Positions 59,685-64,000 of a stretch of 64,000 nt of DNA are shown here, piece by piece (position 1 is the stretch's first letter; every line of letters starts with the position of its first letter). Source of the stretch: Alphaproteobacteria bacterium (lineage in GTDB: Bacteria > Pseudomonadota > Alphaproteobacteria > Bin95); contig CBDBGH010000003.1 in NCBI GenBank assembly GCA_965205265.1, positions 3,136,001-3,200,000 of the forward strand, written 5' to 3'. The position numbers and the translations under genes are program-made. Under the pieces are notes generated by a model. That model was given only the letters and a program-made list of their open reading frames with translations, had not been told where the DNA came from and searched no databases.

Positions 59685-60008
59685 TCAGCCCTTCTGGCGG
59701 CGGTCGATACCGATGCCCATGGCGTAGGTGCCCCAGTACTGGACCCCGCCCCGGCTGCCGAGGCCGGTGCAGATGATGATCTCGTTGCGTTCGGGCCGCA
59801 TCTCCTTCACCGCCTTCAAGGTCGCGGTGGCATGGCCCGCCTTGCGTCGGCCCTTGCCGGACGCCGGGTCGGGGCAGCGGCGAATGTCGCCATTCACCAT
59901 CGCGCGGAAGCGCTCTACGGCGTAACGGTCGTCGGAAAGCCCGCTGCCGAAGAAATGGGTCAGGAAGGTGTTCGCTGTGTTGCCGGGCATCGCCATCGCT
60001 GCGCTCAT
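59685..60008 (-). CDS. hypothetical protein
   Basis: AAGGAG RBS before ATG 60008; co-oriented with backbone genes. Confidence 0.5.
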   Translation of the reverse strand: MSAAMAMPGNTANTFLTHFFGSGLSDDRYAVERFRAMVNGDIRRCPDPASGKGRRKAGHATATLKAVKEMRPERNEIIICTGLGSRGGVQYWGTYAMGIGIDRRQKG

Positions 60009-60383
60009 GGTGCCGTCTCCTTCGTGCCGATGAGGGGAAACGGACGAACGCCCTCTCCCGGACATCCGACCGCCGCCCTGCTCACGGCCAACGCTCCCCT
60101 CTTGATGGAGCGAGGCGCGGACACGGAGACGACGGCCGGCCGGCGGCGCGGCACGCGGGGGCCGGAAGGCCAACTCAGGGTGGTGAGAGAAGACCGGACG
60201 CGGGCACGAGCGGCCGACGAATACAGCGGGCCATGGCGCGCGTCGGACCCCGAGCGCGACTTGCGCGCATGCGGGTCGGGCTACTCGGACTGATGGACGC
60301 GGATATAGACGCGCTGTTCGGCCCGGCGCAATCGGGGTCCCCTGCCGACCCGCGAACGCGGTAGAGCAGTGCTGTGGAAATTC

Positions 60384-60697
60384 GGAACCACCCAGGGCCG
60401 GGGGGCTACGATCGGGACAAACTCTTCGACAAGCCCCGCGAGGACGTCTGGCTTCGACCTCTCCGGCTCCGGAACGAGTTCGTCGCCCGCTACCACTATC
60501 TCGGATACAAGACCCTGGTCGGCGCCCAGATGCGCTACGCCGTCCATGACCGCAACGGCTGGCCGCTCGCCATGCTCGGCTTCTCCACCGCCGCCTGGAA
60601 GCTCGCTCCGCGCGACAACTTCATCGGGTGGACGCCCGAGAAGCGCGAGAAGAACCTGCCGCTCGTGGTCGACAACCCGCGCTTCCTGATATTGCCC
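60384..60697 (+). pseudogene. DUF4338 (Druantia DruA-like/IS-associated) gene fragments in permuted order
   Basis: GTTQGRG/YDRDKLFDKPREDVWLRPL followed by NEFVARYHYLGYKTLVGAQMRY...AAWKLAPRDNFIGW...VVDNPRFLILP. Confidence 0.75.
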
Positions 60698-60797
60698 CCG
60701 CAACCACCTCAAGCCCCTGAAAACACTGGAGTTTTCGGGGGCTTTGTCGTTTCCGGGAGGCGGCCAAATAGTCCTCCGTCAACACATGGTCAACACG
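60693..60797 (+). other. att-like relic: tRNA-fMet 3' end, hairpin and GTCAACAC direct repeats
   Basis: TGCCCCCGCAACCA (60693-60706); AAGCCCCTGAAAAC...GTTTTCGGGGGCTT; GTCAACACATGGTCAACAC. Confidence 0.6.
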
Positions 60798-61165
60798 GGC
60801 GCGCATCGTGACCGCGGACACGCCAAGATGCCGGCGGCATTTGTTCGGGCGGGCTGTGGAGCATCCGGGCAGATCAGGGACGATGAGTAGCGACAATCCC
60901 CGGATGCCGATTACCCAGAGATTCCGAGCTTGTCGCAGCCTGACTGTTCCATGGTTCTTCCGCACGCATACGGCCGTGTACGCCTCGACCGAAAGACCGA
61001 AATCGGCGGTTTGAGGCGTGTGCGCTGTCGGGGACGGGCTGATTTACAAGGCGTTCACGGAGGCGCGAGATTTTTGATACCCCGTGGTGGTCGTTGATAT
61101 CCGGGGTTTCAGTTTCGCTGCGGCGGTCGTTTTGGCGATTTTCACCCCACGCCGATGGTCGCGGC

Positions 61166-61480
61166 GTAAGCGTCCGACAAGGACCGCAGGGTATGTCGGT
61201 TTGAGTTTGTCTGCGGGGTGCTGTTGATCGGGACGGATCGGGCGGGCTTGTCTGGCTATGCGGCGTTATCGTGCCGCTGGCTGTCCTGCCGGTTCCATGG
61301 AAGGAGTTCGCCGAGCCGGCTCTGCGGCGTCTCCGCGATCCGGCGCAGGACATCGGCGAGCCAGGCCTGGGGATCGACGTTGTTGAGCTTGGCGGTTCCG
61401 ATGAGGGTATACATGGCCGCGGCGCGCCTGCCGCCGCGGTCGGAGCCGGCGAACAGCCAGGATTTGCGGCCGAGGGCGAT
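61166..61480 (-). mobile_element. tnpC: IS66-family right end with 3' end of tnpC (interrupted)
   Basis: Terminal IR GTAAGCGTCCG at 61166; 61480-61256 encodes IALGRKSWLFAGSDRGG.RAAAMYTLIGTAKLNNVDPQAWLADVL...ELLPWN*. Confidence 0.92.
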
Positions 61481-61488
61481 CGTGCATT

Positions 61489-61962
61489 CATTCTGCCCAT
61501 GTCGGGCAGGACTGCGTCATCCATTACCCGTGGCATGCCCATTTCGGCCGCCGTGTCCGCCTTGAAGTTATCGAACAGCGTGCCGACGGCCTCATGGCCT
61601 CTGTCGAGGTAGAGCCCGGGCTGGTCATCAAGATTCCCGCCTGGTCGCTCGATCCTGCGTCATGCGCCGGCATGGAGATCGGCGCGCCGCGTGTATCCCT
61701 GGCCGCTCTTGCCGCGCTTCACGAGGTTCTCGTCGGCCAGGGTTTTAGACGAAGCTCCTCCGCTGACGGGACGGTTAGTGAGGAGGAGCTCAATGAAGTC
61801 TTTGGCTGTACCGGCGAGGCCGCCGGGCGAGTTCCGACAGCTCAGCATGCTGTTGGACACACCGGCGCTGCGTGGCCTGAACCGGGAGGAACGCGACGCG
61901 GTCGTGGGCGCGCTGGCCGGGCTGCTTCTGGAAGCGGCGGATTTCGCGGTGAAGGAGGATGA
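61489..61962 (+). CDS. LSR-associated accessory ORF; conserved-looking region begins at the element end, before the first ATG
   Basis: HSAHVGQDCVIHYPWHAHFGRRV...EVEPGLVIKIPAWSLDPASCAGMEIGAPRVSLAAL; first ATG only at 61594. Confidence 0.55.
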   Translation, partial: HSAHVGQDCVIHYPWHAHFGRRVRLEVIEQRADGLMASVEVEPGLVIKIPAWSLDPASCAGMEIGAPRVSLAALAALHEVLVGQGFRRSSSADGTVSEEELNEVFGCTGEAAGRVPTAQHAVGHTGAAWPEPGGTRRGRGRAGRAASGSGGFRGEGG

Positions 61963-61978
61963 CGATGAGCACCTCTGA
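61793..61978 (+). CDS. small LSR-associated protein (61 aa)
   Basis: GAGGAGGAG RBS; RQLSMLLD...ERDAVVGALAGLLLEAA....EDDDEHL; overlaps LSR start. Confidence 0.7.
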   Translation: MKSLAVPARPPGEFRQLSMLLDTPALRGLNREERDAVVGALAGLLLEAADFAVKEDDDEHL

Positions 61979-64000
61979 TGCGTTGCCGCGATCGGTGTTG
62001 ACGCGCAAGGCCGTGGTTTATGTCCGTCAGTCCACGCCCCAGCAGATGCGGAACAATCTCGAGAGCCAGCGCCGCCAATACGATCTCGTCAACGTGGCGC
62101 GCGGGCACGGTTTCGCCCGGGTTGAGGTCATCGACGAAGATCTGGGCCTGTCGGCGAGTGGCGCCATCGCACGGCCGGGTTTCGAGCGTCTCGTCGCCTG
62201 GCTGTGTGCCGGGGACGTCGGAGCGGTACTTTGCTTCGAGGCGTCTCGCATCTCCCGCAACGGCCGGGACTGGCACCATCTGCTCGAGCTCTGCGGTCTC
62301 GTGGAGGCCCGCGTCATCGACCTGGATGGCATCTATGATCCTCGCCACCCAAACGACCGCTTGCTGCTCGGACTTAAGGGCCAGATCAGTGAGTTCGAAC
62401 TCGGCGTTCTCCGCGCACGGATGCTCGACGCCGCCCGATCCAAGGCAGCGCGCGGCGAGCTTCGCATCAGCGTCCCGATCGGTTACGTGTGGCATCCCCA
62501 AGGCGGGCTGGGGCTGGATCCTGACATTCGGGTTCAGGAAGCGATCCGTCAGATATTCGCCCGATTTCGCGAGCTGGGCAGCGCGCGGCAGGTCCTGTTG
62601 ACGCTGGTCGAGCAGCAGCATTGCTTCCCGCGCCCGTCAGATGGCAGGACAACGGTTAGCTTCGACTGGACGCCGATCCGCTATCGCAATGTGATTTCGG
62701 TATTGAAGAACCCCTTCTACGCTGGTGTCTATGCCTACGGCAAAAGCGAACAACGAACCGAGATCGTCGACGGGCGGGTGCACAAAAGCTATGGCCACCG
62801 GAGACCGATGGCGGAATGGGAGGTCATGCTGAAGGACCATCACGAGGGCTACATCGATTGGGCGGAGTTCGAGCGCAACCAGGCGCAACTCGCCGCCAAC
62901 GCCTTCGGCTGGTCCGGCGGCGCGAAGTCCGGGCGCGGCGGACGGGCGCTGCTGAGCGGACTTCTCAGCTGTGGGCGCTGCGGCCGCTCAATGTCAGTCG
63001 CCTATGCTGGGCAATCACCGGGCAATCCTGTTTATTTCTGCAACCGGCAACACCTCCAGCTCGGGCTCGATCGCTGTCTGAGGTTCGGCGGCGCGCGTGT
63101 GGATGCCGCCATTGCCGATGAGATCATCGGGGTCGTCGAGCCCTTGGCCGTGGAAGCCTCCTTGAAGGCCGAGCGGGTGAAGGTGGAGGGCCTGAGCGAA
63201 CAACAGCGAGTGGCCGAGCTGGACCTGCAGCAAGCCCGCTACGAAGCATCACTCGCCGAGCGGCGCTATGCCGCCTGCGATCCGGACAACCGGTTGATTG
63301 CCGCCGAGCTGGAGAAGAGTTGGGAGGCGGCGCTTCGCCGCGTCCAGGTGTGCGAAGCGCGGCTGGAGGCAATGCGGTCGCCGTCACCGCAGCCCTCGGG
63401 ACCGGATCTGGCCGGGCTTGCCGATGACCTGAAGGCAGCCTGGAACGCGCCGGGGGTGAGCATGCGTGCCCGCCAGCGGCTCGTACGCACCCTGATCGCC
63501 GGCATCGTCGCCGATGTCGACGAGGAAGCGCGCGAAGTCCTGCTGACGATCCACTGGGTCGGTGGCCGCCATTCCCGATTGCGGGTTCGAAAGCCCAGAA
63601 CCGGTGAACATGGCTGCCGAACGCCCGAGGAAGCGCTGGCGGTGATACGCAGCATGGCCGGGCGGTGGTCGGACGAACATATCGCTGCGTCTCTCAACCG
63701 GATGGGCATGCGGACCGGCCAGCACAAGAGCTGGACCGGCAAGCGGGTCGGATCGATCCGTCGCGTGAACGGGATCGACGGCTATCTCTCAGCGGACAAG
63801 CAGGGCGATTGGTACACCATGACCGAGGCGGCGAACGAGTTGGGCACCACCAGCCATACGCTCAGGCGCCTCATCGAGGATGGAACGCTACCCGCCACGC
63901 AGCTCGTTCCCCGAGCGCCTTGGCAGATCAGAGCCGCGGACCTCCATTCAGAGAGCGTTGCTCACGCCCTGGCACAAAGGAAAGGCCCGCGTCGCACTTC
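61965..64000 (+). CDS. large serine recombinase (resolvase + recombinase + Zn ribbon + C-terminal HTH), runs off window
   Basis: Not in ORF track (no stop in window): AVVYVRQST, EASRISRN, NDRLLLGLKG.ISEFEL, LKNPFYAG.Y, LSGLLSCGRCG, VDPDNRLIA-like, TMTEAANELG. Confidence 0.95.
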   Translation, partial: MSTSDALPRSVLTRKAVVYVRQSTPQQMRNNLESQRRQYDLVNVARGHGFARVEVIDEDLGLSASGAIARPGFERLVAWLCAGDVGAVLCFEASRISRNGRDWHHLLELCGLVEARVIDLDGIYDPRHPNDRLLLGLKGQISEFELGVLRARMLDAARSKAARGELRISVPIGYVWHPQGGLGLDPDIRVQEAIRQIFARFRELGSARQVLLTLVEQQHCFPRPSDGRTTVSFDWTPIRYRNVISVLKNPFYAGVYAYGKSEQRTEIVDGRVHKSYGHRRPMAEWEVMLKDHHEGYIDWAEFERNQAQLAANAFGWSGGAKSGRGGRALLSGLLSCGRCGRSMSVAYAGQSPGNPVYFCNRQHLQLGLDRCLRFGGARVDAAIADEIIGVVEPLAVEASLKAERVKVEGLSEQQRVAELDLQQARYEASLAERRYAACDPDNRLIAAELEKSWEAALRRVQVCEARLEAMRSPSPQPSGPDLAGLADDLKAAWNAPGVSMRARQRLVRTLIAGIVADVDEEAREVLLTIHWVGGRHSRLRVRKPRTGEHGCRTPEEALAVIRSMAGRWSDEHIAASLNRMGMRTGQHKSWTGKRVGSIRRVNGIDGYLSADKQGDWYTMTEAANELGTTSHTLRRLIEDGTLPATQLVPRAPWQIRAADLHSESVAHALAQRKGPRRT

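Larger units (their letters stand above)
52252..64000. mobile_element. composite mobile region: AIPR relic, conjugative-element backbone, att relic, IS66, serine recombinase element
   Basis: Abrupt change of gene content at the chimeric junction; ssb, toprim, DUF2493, DUF4326, IS66 end, LSR. Confidence 0.85.
61481..64000 (+). mobile_element. large serine recombinase mobile element inserted in IS66 tnpC (right end outside window)
   Basis: IS66 homology stops at 61481; followed by two small ORFs and an LSR in opposite orientation. Confidence 0.8.

Noticed and set aside
60693-60706. Complete tRNA-Met gene
   Set aside because: Only the last 14 nt match; upstream sequence is DUF4338 coding and cannot form a cloverleaf.
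60374-60811. Functional Druantia defence system
   Set aside because: Only scrambled DUF4338 fragments; no DruE helicase or other dru genes.
60800-61165. Possible transposon end or small gene between the att relic and IS66
   Set aside because: No convincing terminal repeat partner or protein motif could be identified by eye.

Overview
GC-rich alphaproteobacterial chromosome segment. Gene content is Rhodospirillales-like; a marine, possibly host-associated lifestyle is only an inference. Positions 1-52250 are mostly core and metabolic genes: mreBCD-mrdA-rodA, pmbA, phasin, a LIV-type ABC transporter, M32/M3/M81 peptidases, guaA, suhB, efp, a BCCT transporter, mutS, leuA, pyrD, xth and pntAB. 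Small accessory insertions interrupt them: a low-GC HEPN-domain gene, three toxin-antitoxin loci and two IS630-like relics. At about 52253 a polysaccharide deacetylase gene is fused in frame to the 3' half of an AIPR-family gene, marking the start of a mobile region. That region holds a conjugative-element backbone (RHH protein, candidate oriT, DUF2493, DUF4326, toprim, SSB, a protein with seven C4 zinc-finger repeats), a scrambled DUF4338 relic joined to a tRNA-Met-like att site, and an IS66 right end whose transposase is interrupted by a large serine recombinase element running off the window. Regulatory signals read directly from the sequence: a leaderless Leu-rich leuA leader peptide, tandem NrdR-like boxes on the pyrD promoter, PhaR boxes at the phasin gene and a leaderless TA promoter. 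All family assignments are by motif recognition; no database searches were run.
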